From positions 1 through 64,000 of the forward strand of contig NIVC01002204.1 of assembly GCA_002269645.1 (NCBI GenBank): a stretch of DNA of 64,000 bases. Direction: 5' to 3'. Every line of letters starts with the position of its first letter. Position 1 is the first letter of the stretch. The position numbers and the translations under genes were made by a program. This document shows positions 36,102 through 47,793 of the stretch, in pieces. Source of the stretch: Macrostomum lignano. Its lineage: Eukaryota. The notes beneath the pieces were generated by a model, which saw nothing but the letters and a program-made list of their open reading frames with translations, had not been told where the DNA came from and ran no database searches.

Positions 36102-38993
36102 TCACTTCATGACGGCTCCGGACGGTCCAGCAGAGGCCGGTCTGGCCGGCACCGGAGGCGGCGGTCGCTTGGGCGCCGAACCTAGCCTTCTAGGCGTACC
36201 AGAAACGCCGCTAGCAACCGAGTCGCCAGCTGGCGCTCCAGTCGTCGTTGTTGTCATCAATCGTTGACAATTGTTCCAACGGAACCAAGCCTCAAGCTCT
36301 GGCCGGCGCATGTGCTGAACAAACGGCTCATAGGGCACGCTATAGTCCATCTGGCCGTTAAACGGAGCCTCCTTAGGCAGCAGGTTGGCGTCGACGCGAC
36401 TGTGCAGCGCCGTAACGCTATCACCGTGATTCTGCACCCGATCCACCAGCTTCTTGGACATCAGGGCCGAAGCCAATTTAAACGAGGCATTGAAAAACTT
36501 GCCACCTTTGATTATATTGAGCGCTTTAACACGAACAGGCAGGGCCTTGTTAACCACGGCTCGGAATCGCTTCAAATAGTCGATGTCGAGCTTGCGCAAC
36601 TGGCGCAGACTCAAATCTGACAGATCTAGCAATACGGCAATGCCGTTCACCTGAGTGTCCTCCTCGTGTAGAGCAGCTTCAATCACTACGCCATTGGCTT
36701 TCACTAGCTCCGTGCTAGAGAATTTGGAGCAGTCCCAGCGGCCGACTCTGTACAATACTAACCGGCGACCTTCAATGTCCCTAACGGGTAGCAGAGAGAC
36801 CACACCGCTCTCTAGCAGAGGCAGCACACCGGATGGAGTGAAATTGGCGAATACGTCTGGGAAACTGTTGCGCACCTGCGGCACACAAATGAAAAGGTTT
36901 GTATGTTGATTTGGTAATAATGGAATGCGACTCATTCGATTGACTCAATCAACAGATCATGCATGCACTTTAGTGGACAGTGACCTTATTTGACCTCGTA
37001 TTTTAGACAGTGACCTCAATTGACCTAACCTATCGACAGTGACCTCAATTGACCTAACCTATAGACAGTGACCTCAATTGACCTAACCTATAGACAGTGA
37101 CCTTAATTGACCTAACCTATAGACAGTGACCTCAATTGACCTAACCTATAGACAGTGACCTCAATTGACCTAACCTATAGACAGTGACCTCAATCGACCT
37201 AACCTATAGACAGTGACCTCAATTGACCTAACCTATAGACAGCGACCTTAATTGACATAACCTATAGACAGTGACCTTAATTGACCTAACCTATAGACAG
37301 TGACCTCAATCGACCTAACCTATAGACAGTGACCTCAATTGACCTAACCTATAGACAGTGACATTAATTGACATAACCTATAGACAGTGACCTTAATTGA
37401 CCTAACCTATAGACAGTGACCTCAATCGACCTCACTTGTACAAAATGACCTAAGTTGACTATACTTATAAACTCAATGCCCTCATAGGGCTTATCAAAAG
37501 ACAAATTATTTTAATCGATCTTATCTAATTGACTTTATTAAAAGCTATCTCAATTGACCTATCTAGTGAAAAAGAACTCAATTGATCTTATCTAGTGACA
37601 GTGACCCCAATTGAACTTATCTACTGAAAGAGACCTCAATTGACCTTATCTACTGAAAGAGAACTCAATAGACCTTATCTAGTGAAAGAGACCTCAATAG
37701 ACCTTATCTAGTGAAAGAGAATTAACTCAATTGACCTTATCTAGCGAAAGAGACCTCAATTGACCTTATCTAGTGAAAGAGACCTCAATTGAACTTATCT
37801 AGCGAAAGAGACCTCAATTGACCTTATCAAGTGAAAGAGACCTCAATAGACCTTATCTAGTGAAAGAGAATTAACTCAATTGAACTTATCTACTGAAAGA
37901 GACCTCAATTGACCTTATCAAGTGAAAGAGAACTCAATTGAACTTATCAAGTGAAAGAGACCTCAATAGACCTTATCAAGTGAAAGAGACCTCAATAGAC
38001 CTTATCTAGTGAAAGAGAATTAACTCAATTGACCTTATCTAGCGAAAGAGACCTCAATTGACCTTATCTAGTGAAAGAGACCTCAATTGAACTTATCTAG
38101 CGAAAGAGACCTCAATTGACCTTATCAAGTGAAAGAGACCTCAATAGACCTTATCTAGTGAAAGAGAATTAACTCAATTGACCTTATCTAGTGAAAGAGA
38201 CCTCAATTGACCTTATCAAGTGAAAGAGACCTCAATAGACCTTATCAAGTGAAAGAGACCTCAAGTGACCTTATCAAGTGAAAGAGACCTCAAGTGACCT
38301 TATCAAGTGAAAGAGACCTCAATAGACCTTATCTAGTGAAAGAGAATTAACTCAATTGACCTTATCAAGTGAAAGAGACCTCCATTGACCTTATCAAGTG
38401 AAAGAGACCTCCATTGACCTTATCAAGTGACAGTGGTCCTATTGACTCCATAAATAGACGGGACCTTCGTTGATTTTAATGAGAGACAGTGACCTCAGTT
38501 GAGCCTCGCTCATCATCATCAGCGGATCAAAAACTGAAACCTGCACTCTAAATAACCCTGCTCAGTCTGAAGCTTGACCTAAAATGACACTTCAGAAAAA
38601 CAGTGAACTGCTATAACCTCACTATAAAACTCTGATACTGTATTCTAATTTACAATATTCAACACTAACCTGCAAATAAGCCCTAATCCTTTGATGCGCG
38701 CTCTCCACATTAAATTTTCTATGTCGAAGAAATTTAATTAAAAACGCATCGTCCGTTCGACAAAATCCGCGCAATTGAACGTCCTTAGTAACCAGATCGC
38801 GAAGGGCGGCTAAAGCCGGGCCCCGGGTAGAGTCGGTCTCGCCAAGCTCTTGAGCGGCTCTCTGGGCAGCGAGCGGCGACAGGCGCGACCCCACTGGCGG
38901 AGGCTCAGGGGAATTAGACGCGCTGTTCAACACTGGTTCAACGCAAAGCATTGTTTGAGATTGTGGGTTGGCTGGATGTCTGGCAAGTGTCAC
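36102..38993 (-). CDS. CRAL-TRIO/Sec14 lipid-binding protein 1 (alpha-TTP/clavesin-like), about 365 aa; exons 38670-38993, 36102-36875
   Basis: DDAFLIKFLRHRKFNVESA (CRAL_TRIO_N), RDIEGRR, EEDTQVNGIAVLLDL, ALPVRVKALNII, LLPKE; phase-0 GT-AG intron. Confidence 0.9.
36975..37435. repeat. 29-bp satellite (GACAGTGACCTCAATTGACCTAACCTATA), about 16 copies
   Basis: Direct periodicity in the CRAL-TRIO-1 intron. Confidence 0.95.
37540..38430. repeat. 29-bp satellite (GTGAAAGAGACCTCAATTGACCTTATCTA) with 149-bp higher-order period
   Basis: GAATTAAC variant at 37719, 37868, 38017, 38166, 38344. Confidence 0.92.
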
Positions 38994-39094
38994 GATCTAA
39001 GTACTGCTGTGCTGAATAGCAGCAAATTTGGGTTGAAAAACTGTAAGGCACAATGAAAATTCATGCGATTCATATATTTAGTAGCATCGTTTGG

Positions 39095-40040
39095 TTGGAC
39101 AGGAATGTGGGGTTGGTGGGGGTAGGAATGTGGGGTTGGTGGGGTAGGAATGTGAGGTTGGTGGGGGTAGGAATGTGGGGTTTGTGGGGGGTAAAAATGT
39201 GGGGTTGGTGGGGTAGGAATGTGGGGTTGGTGGGGGTAGGAATGTGGGGTTGGTGGGGGGTAGGAATGTGAGGTTGGTGGGGGTAGGAATGTGGGGTTGG
39301 TGGGGGTAGGAATGTGGGGTTGGTGGGGGTAGGAATGTGGGGTTGATGGGGGTAGGAATGTGGGGTTGGTGGGGGTAAAAATGTGGGGTTGGTGGGGGTA
39401 GGAATGTGGGGTTGGTGGCGGTAGGAATGTGGGGTTGGTGGGGGTAGGAATGTCGGGTTGATGGGGGTAGGAATGTGGGGTTGGTGGGGGTAAAAATGTG
39501 GGGTTGGTGGGGTAGGAATGTGGGGCTGGTGGGGTAGGAATGTGGGGTTGGTGGGGGGTAGGAATGTGGGGTTGGTGGGGTAGGAATGTGGGGTTGATGG
39601 GGTAGGAATGTGGGGTTGGTGGGGGGTAAAAATGTGGGGTTGGTGGGGGTAGGAATGTGGGGCTGGTGGGGGTGGGAATGTGGGGTTGGTGATGGTAGGA
39701 ATGTGGGGTTGGTGGGGGTAGGAATGTGGGGTTGGTGGGGTAGGAATGTGGGGTTGGTGGGGTAGGAATGTGGGGTTGGTGGGGTGGGAATGTGGGGTTG
39801 GTGGGGTAGGAATGTGGGGCTGGTGGGGGTGGGAATGTGGGGTTGGTGGGGTAGGAATGTGGGGCTGGTGGGGTGGGAATGTGGGGTTGGTGGGGTGGGA
39901 ATGTGGGGTTGGTGGGGTAGGAATGTGGGGCTGGTGGGGGTGGGAATGTGGGGTTGGTGGGGGTAGGAATGTGGGGCTGGTGGGGTGGGAATGTGGGGTT
40001 GGTGGGGTAGGAATGTGGGGCTGGTGGGGGTGGGAATGTG
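39095..40040. repeat. 22-24-bp G-rich satellite (AGGAATGTGGGGTTGGTGGGGT), about 40 copies
   Basis: Direct periodicity; starts about 100 bp upstream of the CRAL-TRIO-1 ATG. Confidence 0.95.
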
Positions 40041-40532
40041 GGGTTGGTGGGGTAGGAATGCCGGGAGATCGAGTTAAAATTGGAGGAGTTGATGTTTTAG
40101 TTAAAACAAATTAAATGGTCTTACAGGAATAAATAAAAAGCTCCTTAAATATTATATTGTTTTATAAGTACGCAATAGCAAAAAAACTGTTTACAGAGAT
40201 GCAATTTTGCCGGAAAAATTAAAACATTTCTGAAGTTGACAAGGCAGTGGGTGTAACAATGTTGAATTAAAATAAGCTTACATTTTACTGCCATTATGAG
40301 CCTATTAAAGATCTTTCAAGGCAATGACAAAATTAACAAATAATTAGTACCGATAGTATAGAAGACAAAATGTTTAAATTTGAATACAAGTAATTCAATA
40401 GAGCACCTTCGTATACAACAAAATTCAATCTAGTAAATTTGATCACAAAACAAAAAATAACGAAAGGCAGCATGGTTTTGATTGGCACTCAATTTCAGCA
40501 CTGTTTATAAAAAAGAATATATCAACTGTTTT

Positions 40533-41170
40533 GGTCGGGAGCGAGTGAACATTGGGGTGGGTGGCTGTCGGCTGGTCGGGAGCTAGTGTACATTGGGGTG
40601 GGTGGCTGGGGGCTGTTCGTGAGCGAGTCTACATTGGGGTGGGTGGCTGTCGGCTGGTCGGGAGCGAGTGTACATTGGGGTGGGTGGCTGTCGGCTGGTC
40701 GGGAGCGAGTGAAAATTGGGGTGGATGGCTGCGGGCTGGTCGGGAGCGAGTGAAAATTGGGGTGGGTGGCTGCGGGCTGGTCGGGAGCGAGTGTACATTG
40801 GGGTGGGTGGCTGTTGGCTGGTCGGGAGCGAGTGTACATTGGGGTAGGTGGCTGTCGGCTGGTCGGGAGCGAGTGTACATTGGGGTGGGTGGCTGTCGGC
40901 TGGTCGGGAGCGAGCGTACATTGGGGTGGGTGGCTGTGGGCTGGTCGAGAGCGAGTGTACATTGGGGTGGGTGGCTGTCGGCTGGTCGGAGCGAGTGTAC
41001 ATTGGGGTGGGTGGCTGTTGGCTGGTCGGGAGCGAGTGTACATTGGGGTGGGTGGCTGGGGCTGTTTGTGAGCGAGTGTACATTGGGGTGGGTGGCTGTT
41101 GGCTGGTCGGGAGCGAGTGTACATTGGGGTGGGTGGCTGTCGGCTGGTCGGGAGCGAGTGTAAATTGGGA
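40533..41170. repeat. 41-bp G-rich satellite, array 2
   Basis: Same unit and orientation as 34140-34890. Confidence 0.95.
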
Positions 41171-41474
41171 TGGGTGGCTTTTGAAATTGGGTTGATACAT
41201 CGAAAACCAAAGTAAATTCCTATTTAACGTTTTAAGCAAAAATTATCAGATTCCGAATCAATAAATAAGCATTATACTCAAACCTAAGTCTCACGCAAAG
41301 GCATCAACTCGTCAAAAAATAAAATATTGAGCCGATAAAAATAAAGGTAAGGAATCGGTTAAAAAGAATACATGTAGAGAAAAATCCCACTAAAGAATAG
41401 AGTAATAATTTTTTTATCAACAAGACTCTGGTTGAATGTGTTCAATAGTTGCATCAAAAGGAAACAGCTATGAG

Positions 41475-44400
41475 CTAATTTTCTAAAAACTTCTGCTTAT
41501 TATTTGCTTCGAACCAGGCGTCCCAGCGGCCAGATAGCAGGTCAAATCGGCCCTCTTTGAACGGTCTTAAGCGCAACGATTCGTCGGTATGGCTGTCCAT
41601 AGTGCCGCAGAATGGCTGCTCAATAGGCAGCAGTCTGGGCTCAATAGCTTTGTGCAAACTGGCCACGCTGGGGCCGTGATTCAGGACTCGCTGCCGCATC
41701 TTGGCGGACAATAGAAAGCTAAAAATTTTAAAAGCAACGTCGAATATTCGGCCGCCGCGCATTAGATGAATCTGTTTGACGCGAACTGGCAAAGCTTTCG
41801 ACACGACTTCTTTTAGGCGCTTCAAGTAGGAGTCGCGTTTCATAGTGAGAATTTGATGCCAGCTCAGGCCATGCAGGTCGAGGATTACAGACACCCCGTT
41901 TACCTAAGGCATTGGGGAGAGAGACTGTTTTTAATGCCAAGCCTCTTTTCATCATCGGATAAGTTCAAGCAATTTATTCAGCCTTTAAATACACAATTTA
42001 TTTCAAAGTACAATCCTTTATTCCTCTGTATACACCAATCCAGACACCCTCTTGTCTAGGCACCAAATCCAGGCACCCTCTCGACACCAAATCCAGGCAC
42101 CCTCTCGACACCAAATCCAGGCACCCTCTCGACACCAAATCCAGACACCCTCTTGTCTAGGCACCAAATCCAGGCACCATCTCGACATCAAATCCAGGCA
42201 ACCATCTCGACACCAAATCCAGACACCGTCTTGTCTAGGCACCAAATCCAGACACCCTCTTGTCTAGGCACCAAATCCAGACACCCTCTTGTCTAGGCAC
42301 CAAATCCAGGCACCCTCTTGTCTAGGCACCAAATCCAGGCAAGGTGTTCGGGTCGGGTTCGGGGTTCGCTGTAGTGTGTTCGGGTTCGGGTTTCGGGTCG
42401 GGTATTGGTACCGGGTTTGGGGTTTTCGGGTTGTTTATATTTTTTACGAGTTGAAACGAAATTAAGCTTAAACTGAGTATTTCCAGGTTTTTTTCGTGTA
42501 TATTTAATTTTTTTAATCGTTATAAATATCATTCTAGTATGCTACCTTACCTTATAATGCGCAACAATTTACACAAATGATAAGTTAAGGCTTCGTCAAG
42601 AATCTGTTTAGAAAACTTGTTATTTTCTCGCCTTTATTCCTTTGAAACAGTTAGTGATTCAGGCTATGACTTATAGTCAGATGAAGCCTTGAACGTTAGA
42701 GAACTTAGAGCCCTTGAAGAAAAGCAGATAATATAACCCTTTTGCAGTGTCTCGACATGATACTACAGTGTTACTTTCCAAGCGCGCTTAAAAATACGAA
42801 AAATAGTGCAACTGTTTTTTCGGGAAGAATTTAGGGTCGGGTCGGGTCGGGTTTGGGTAGGGTGTTCGGGTCAGATTCGGGGTTCGGGGTAATTAGAGCT
42901 TCGGGTTCGGGTTCTACCCCAAACCCGAAAAAATGGAAACCCGAACACCCCTAGTCTTGTCTAGACACCAAATCCAGACACCGTCTTGTCTAGACACCAA
43001 ATCCAGACACCGTCTTGTCTAGACACCAAATCCAGACACCGTCTTGTCTAGACACCAAATCCAGACACCGTCTTGGCTAGACACCAAATCTAACACCCTG
43101 TTGTCTAGGCACCAAATCCAAACACCCTATTGTCTAGGCATCAAATCCAAACACCCTGTTGTCTAGGCACCAAATCCAAACACCCTATTGTCTAGGCATC
43201 AAATCCAAACACCCTGTTGTCTAGGCACCAAATCCAAACACCCTGTTGTCTAGGCACCAAATCCAAACACCCTATTGTCTAGGCACCAAATCCAAACACT
43301 CTGTTGTCTAGGCACCAAATCCAAACACCCTCTTGTCTAGGCACCAAATCCAAACACCCTCTTGTCTAGGCACCAAATCCAAACACCCTCTTGTCTAGAC
43401 ACCAAATCCAAACACCCTGTTGTCTAGGCACCAAATCCAAACACCCTCTTGTCTAGGCATCAAATCCAAACACCCTCTTGTCTAGGCACCAAATCCAAAC
43501 ACTCTGTTGTCTAGGCACCAAATCCAAACACACTGTTGTCTAGGCACCAAATCCAAACACCCTATTGTCTAGGCATCAAATCCAAACACCCTCTTGTCTA
43601 GGCACCAAATCCAAACACCCTCTTGTCTAGACACCAAATCCAAACACCCTGTTGTCTAGGCACCAAATCCAAACACCCTCTTGTCTAGGCATCAAATCCA
43701 AACACCCTCTTGTCTAGGCACCAAATCCAAACACTCTGTTGTCTAGGCACCAAATCCAAACACACTGTTGTCTAGGCACCAAATCCAAACACCCTATTGT
43801 CTAGGCATCAAATCCAAACACCCTATTGTCTAGGCACCAAATCCAAACACCCTCTTGTCTAGGCACCAAATCCAAACACCCTCTTGTCTAGGCACCAAAT
43901 CCAAACACCCTCTTGTCTAGGCACCAAATCCAAACACCCTCTTGTCTAGGCACCAAATCCAAACACCCTCTTGTCTAGGCACCAAATCTAGCACCTTACC
44001 TGAGTCTCTTCCTCCTCAAGAGCGGCCTCCATAAGCACGCCAACAGTTCTGAGCAGGTCGGTCCGAGACACACCATCGCAATCCCAGGCCCCAACGCGGC
44101 ACATTACAAGCAGACGGCCCTCGGAATCGCGTTCGGGAAGCAGGCAGAACAAGTTCGGATAGCCCTCTAACACCGCACGTACTCCGCCGGGGTTAAAGTT
44201 AGCAAACACGTCCGACATGGTGTTGCGTACCTGTTAGTCAAACAATTGCATGGCTGCGGTAGTTGCGAAGACATTCGGTTGGGGACTAGGATCAATACAG
44301 GAGTCAAGATAGTGGACAAGACAGGGTCAAGTTAGTGGACAAGACAGCGTCAAGATAGTGGACAAGACAGGGGTCAAGATAGTGGACAAGACAGACAAGG

Positions 44401-46141
44401 GTCAGGATAGTGGACAAGACAGACAGGGGTCAAGATCGTTAGGACAGACAGGGGTCAGGATAGTTGACAAGACAGACAGGTGTCAGGATAGTGGACAAGA
44501 CAGGGGTCAAGATAGTGGACAAGGCAGACAGGGGTCAAGATAGTTGACAAGACAGACAGGGGTCAGGATAGTGGACAAGACAGACAGGGGTCAAGATCGT
44601 TAGGACAGACAGGGGTCAGGATAGTTGACAAGACAGACAGGTGTCAGGATAGTGGACAAGACAGGGGTCAAGATAGTGGACAAGGCAGACAGGGGTCAGG
44701 ATAGTTGACAAGACAGATAGGGGTCAAGATAGTGGACAACCAGACAGGGGTCAAGATAGTTGACAAGACAGACGGGTCAGGATAGTGGACAAGACAGACA
44801 GGGGTCAAGATAGTAGACAAGGCAGACAGGGGTCAAGATAATGGACAAGAAAAGGGGTCAGGGCGGTGCAGCAGACGAGACTAAACTGGACATCGTTACT
44901 AATTACAGCGACAGGCCAACCCCTTAAAGATTAATTCTAGATAATTTCCTACGCTATTCTGTCAGTCATTTACATGTGCAAATGTCTCTCTGACAGAAAA
45001 AATGTCATTCTAAAATACTCAGTCGCCTGAGTATTGATAAAAAACACGAAAGTTATATAACTGAGTATATTAAATAAAAAAATCTAATTCTAACTAAATA
45101 ATAGTACAATCAATTATGCCCGAACAAAACAAACACTGATTAGGATCAGTGTTTATTGATCCTGACTGAGTCTATCCTGACTGAGCTGTCATTAAATCAC
45201 CTTGGTTTTACCTGAATCACTGAGCTGTCACTGAGTCACCTTCGTTTTACCTGAGTCACTGAGCTGTCACTGAGTCACCTTCGTTTTTAACGAGTCACTG
45301 AGCTGACACTGAGTCACCTTCGTTGTACCTGAGTCACTGAGCTGTCACTGAATCACCTTGGTTTTTACTGAGTCATTGAGCTGTCACTGAATCACCTTGG
45401 TTTTACCTAAGTCACTGAGCTGTCACTGAATCACCTTGGTTTTACCTGAGTCACTGAACTGTCACTGAATTACATTGGTTTCCACTGAGTCACTGAGTTG
45501 TTACTGAATCACCTTTGTTTTCACTGAGTCACTGAATCACATTGGTTTTCACTGAGTCATTGAACTGTCACTGAATCACATTGGTTTTCACTGAGTCATT
45601 GAACTGTCACTGAATCACATTGGTTTTATCCGAGTCACTGAACTGTCATTGAATCACATTGGTTGTACCCGAGTCACTGAACTGTCACTGAATCACATTG
45701 GTTGTACCCGAGTCACTGTACGTTTACACTATTGAAAAATTGACTTCCCAGCAAGATTAAAAAAACTTTCTTAATACCTTACCAGCTTACCTGCAAATAA
45801 GCTCGAATCTTCTGATGCGCACCTTCCACATTGAATTTTCTATGCCTCAGAAATTTAATAAGAAAGGCATTGTCAGTACGACAGCTCAACTGAGCGTCAT
45901 TAGTAACCAGTTCGCGTAGAGCAGTCAAAGCCACAGCTCTCGTAGCCTCACTTTCACCCAGCTCATTGTAGGCACGTTTAATTGCTAATTGTGACAGATT
46001 CGAACCAACAACCTCAGCTGTGGGACTGTCAGGGTGCACAGGAATCGATGCAGGAACTTGAAGAGAAGAAGCGCCAGCACAGTCTTCTACTTGGCTATTA
46101 TCGGCTGGCTCAGTTGGAACAGAGTCGCCCTCATTTGACAT
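41475..46141 (-). CDS. CRAL-TRIO lipid-binding protein 2, about 336 aa; exons 45791-46141, 44000-44230, 41475-41903
   Basis: DNAFLIKFLRHRKFNVEGA, RDSEGR, EEEETQ|VNGVSVILDL, ALPVRVKQIHL; clear tandem paralog of gene 1. Confidence 0.9.
42035..43990. repeat. 29-bp satellite (GTCTAGGCACCAAATCCAAACACCCTCTT) filling intron 2 of CRAL-TRIO-2, interrupted by a MITE
   Basis: Arrays at about 42035-42340 and 42954-43990. Confidence 0.95.
42340..42953. mobile_element. hAT-like non-autonomous element with TCGGG/CCCGA subterminal repeats
   Basis: Left CAAGGTGTTCGGG, right CCCGAACACCCCTA, extra internal end TAGGGTGTTCGGG at 42858; no clear TSD. Confidence 0.6.
44290..44860. repeat. 24/28-bp satellite (GGGGTCAAGATAGTGGACAAGACAGACA)
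   Basis: Intron 1 of CRAL-TRIO-2. Confidence 0.9.
45170..45720. repeat. 39-bp satellite (CTGAGTCACTGAGCTGTCACTGAATCACCTTGGTTTTAC)
   Basis: About 14 copies, intron 1 of CRAL-TRIO-2. Confidence 0.92.
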
Positions 46142-46463
46142 TGTCTTTCTATTGATAGTAATTAATTGTTTTTGTAAAGCTAGACCTTATAGTAAATCAA
46201 AGGAAATATGTTGTATCACAACTGAAATACAAAGAAAAAAGTATAGCCTCACAGTTAAAACTTTACTGTGAATTACTACATAACAATAGAAATAGAATTT
46301 GTACTTTTAATACATGTAATTATGCAACTGCTGGGTCACTTGACTGACCCAGTAAACCTGGCTAGGGTAAATTGTGATAGACTAATGGTAAGTCAACAAA
46401 TTGACAAGTGAATTTGATCAGTAAAATTAGCAAAAAATGAATATTTTTAATCTGTTAGGGTTT

Positions 46464-46648
46464 GTAGCCCAGTGGTTAGATAATGTTAGACTCAACTTGA
46501 AGGTTTGGGGTTTGATTCCCAATCTCAGTGGAACAATTTGTCCTTGAGCAAGACACTTTACTCTACATTGCTTCAGTTCACCTAGCTGTACAATTGGTAC
46601 CAGCAATGATACCAGCACTTAGTTAGGGTAATTGAGGGTGTATATGGC
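46464..46648 (+). mobile_element. CORE-type SINE, copy 2
   Basis: GTAGCCCAGTGGTTAG, GGTTTGATTCC, TTGTCCTTGAGCAAGACACTT, TTGGTACCAGC. Confidence 0.7.
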
Positions 46649-46937
46649 AACTCCCAGTCCTTGGACTAAATATAAAAATATCTTGTTATTATTGAAATTC
46701 TAATTTCTAACATAGAAACTCATTATAAAATACAAAGCTAATATATAATAAACTTATTTTCTTTCTTAACTAATCTTTTACACTAGATAGGCCTTATAAC
46801 TAAATCCATGACAAAACTATAATTGTACTTTTTACTAGTTAACCTTAGCTGTTACTAATTAGAAACAAACTTTTTATATGATAAATTCCCTTTTATGAAA
46901 AGAAAAACACTATGTTTATAGTCAATTACCTTGGTTG

Positions 46938-47593
46938 TAGAGCTGTCACAAGATCTCAACGTTTTTTCTTGTCTTGAGAAATCTCAAATTTTGTCAAGAA
47001 GTTCAAGATGAGATTCAAGAAGTTTTCTGATACCTTTTTTCAAAAGCTTTTAAGTCATAAGATATAAAAAGGGGAGCAAATTTTCATATAAATACAACTG
47101 TTTGTTGTAACACGCTTGATAGGGCAATTTTCAAATGGTAAAATCTAGCCAATGTTGAGCAGTTATTTAACGAACGTCGTTATATACGAGTTTGCATTGC
47201 ATATGCACTCTTTTAGTTATCATTTCAGTTCTGTAGCAAGGTGTATCATAGCAGACTTGAAGACAATCTACACAGGTCTTTTGACGAATTAGTAATAGAC
47301 ATAGTAGGGCCAAGGGCCTATATGCTATAAGCATAAATTCTTATGAATAAATAGCAAAGAATTTAAACTAGAATTAAAAAAGTATTCTGGAAAATCTAAA
47401 AAATATATTTTAGAATTGTATCTTATCAAGAAATTTAAGACAAGATAAGGCAAGATAAGAGCAAGACAAGATGCAATTCTGAAATATATTTTTTAGATTT
47501 ACTTTGTCTTGTCTCGTCTCGAAATTCTCAACTTATAAGCCTTTCTCGTCTCGAATCTCATCTCAAATAAAATCTCTAATTTTGACAGCTCTA
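46938..47593. mobile_element. hAT non-autonomous element, 656 bp
   Basis: Perfect 11-bp TIR TAGAGCTGTCA and perfect 8-bp TSD CTTGGTTG (46930-46937, 47594-47601); GTCTCGTCTC subterminal motifs. Confidence 0.9.
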
Positions 47594-47613
47594 CTTGGTT
47601 GTAGTCAAATCTA

Positions 47614-47793
47614 AGCCTAGTGGTTAGAGGGGTAGACTTAACTCAAAGGTTAGGGGGGGGGGTTTCATTCAAAACCCTACAAGAACAAGAATGATTTGTG
47701 TCATTAAGCAAGACATTTACCTCTACATTGTTTCAGTTTGATAGCTATAAAATAGGTACCAGCATTAGCTAAAGTATTTAATAGTGTGTGTGG
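47614..47793 (+). mobile_element. CORE-type SINE, copy 3 (decayed)
   Basis: GTGTCATTAAGCAAGACATTT..TAGGTACCAGCATTAGCT..GTGTGTGGC. Confidence 0.6.

Noticed and set aside
1905-45720. CRISPR-like arrays (20-46-bp periodic repeats)
   Set aside because: Head-to-tail units with no unique spacers, no cas genes, eukaryotic context
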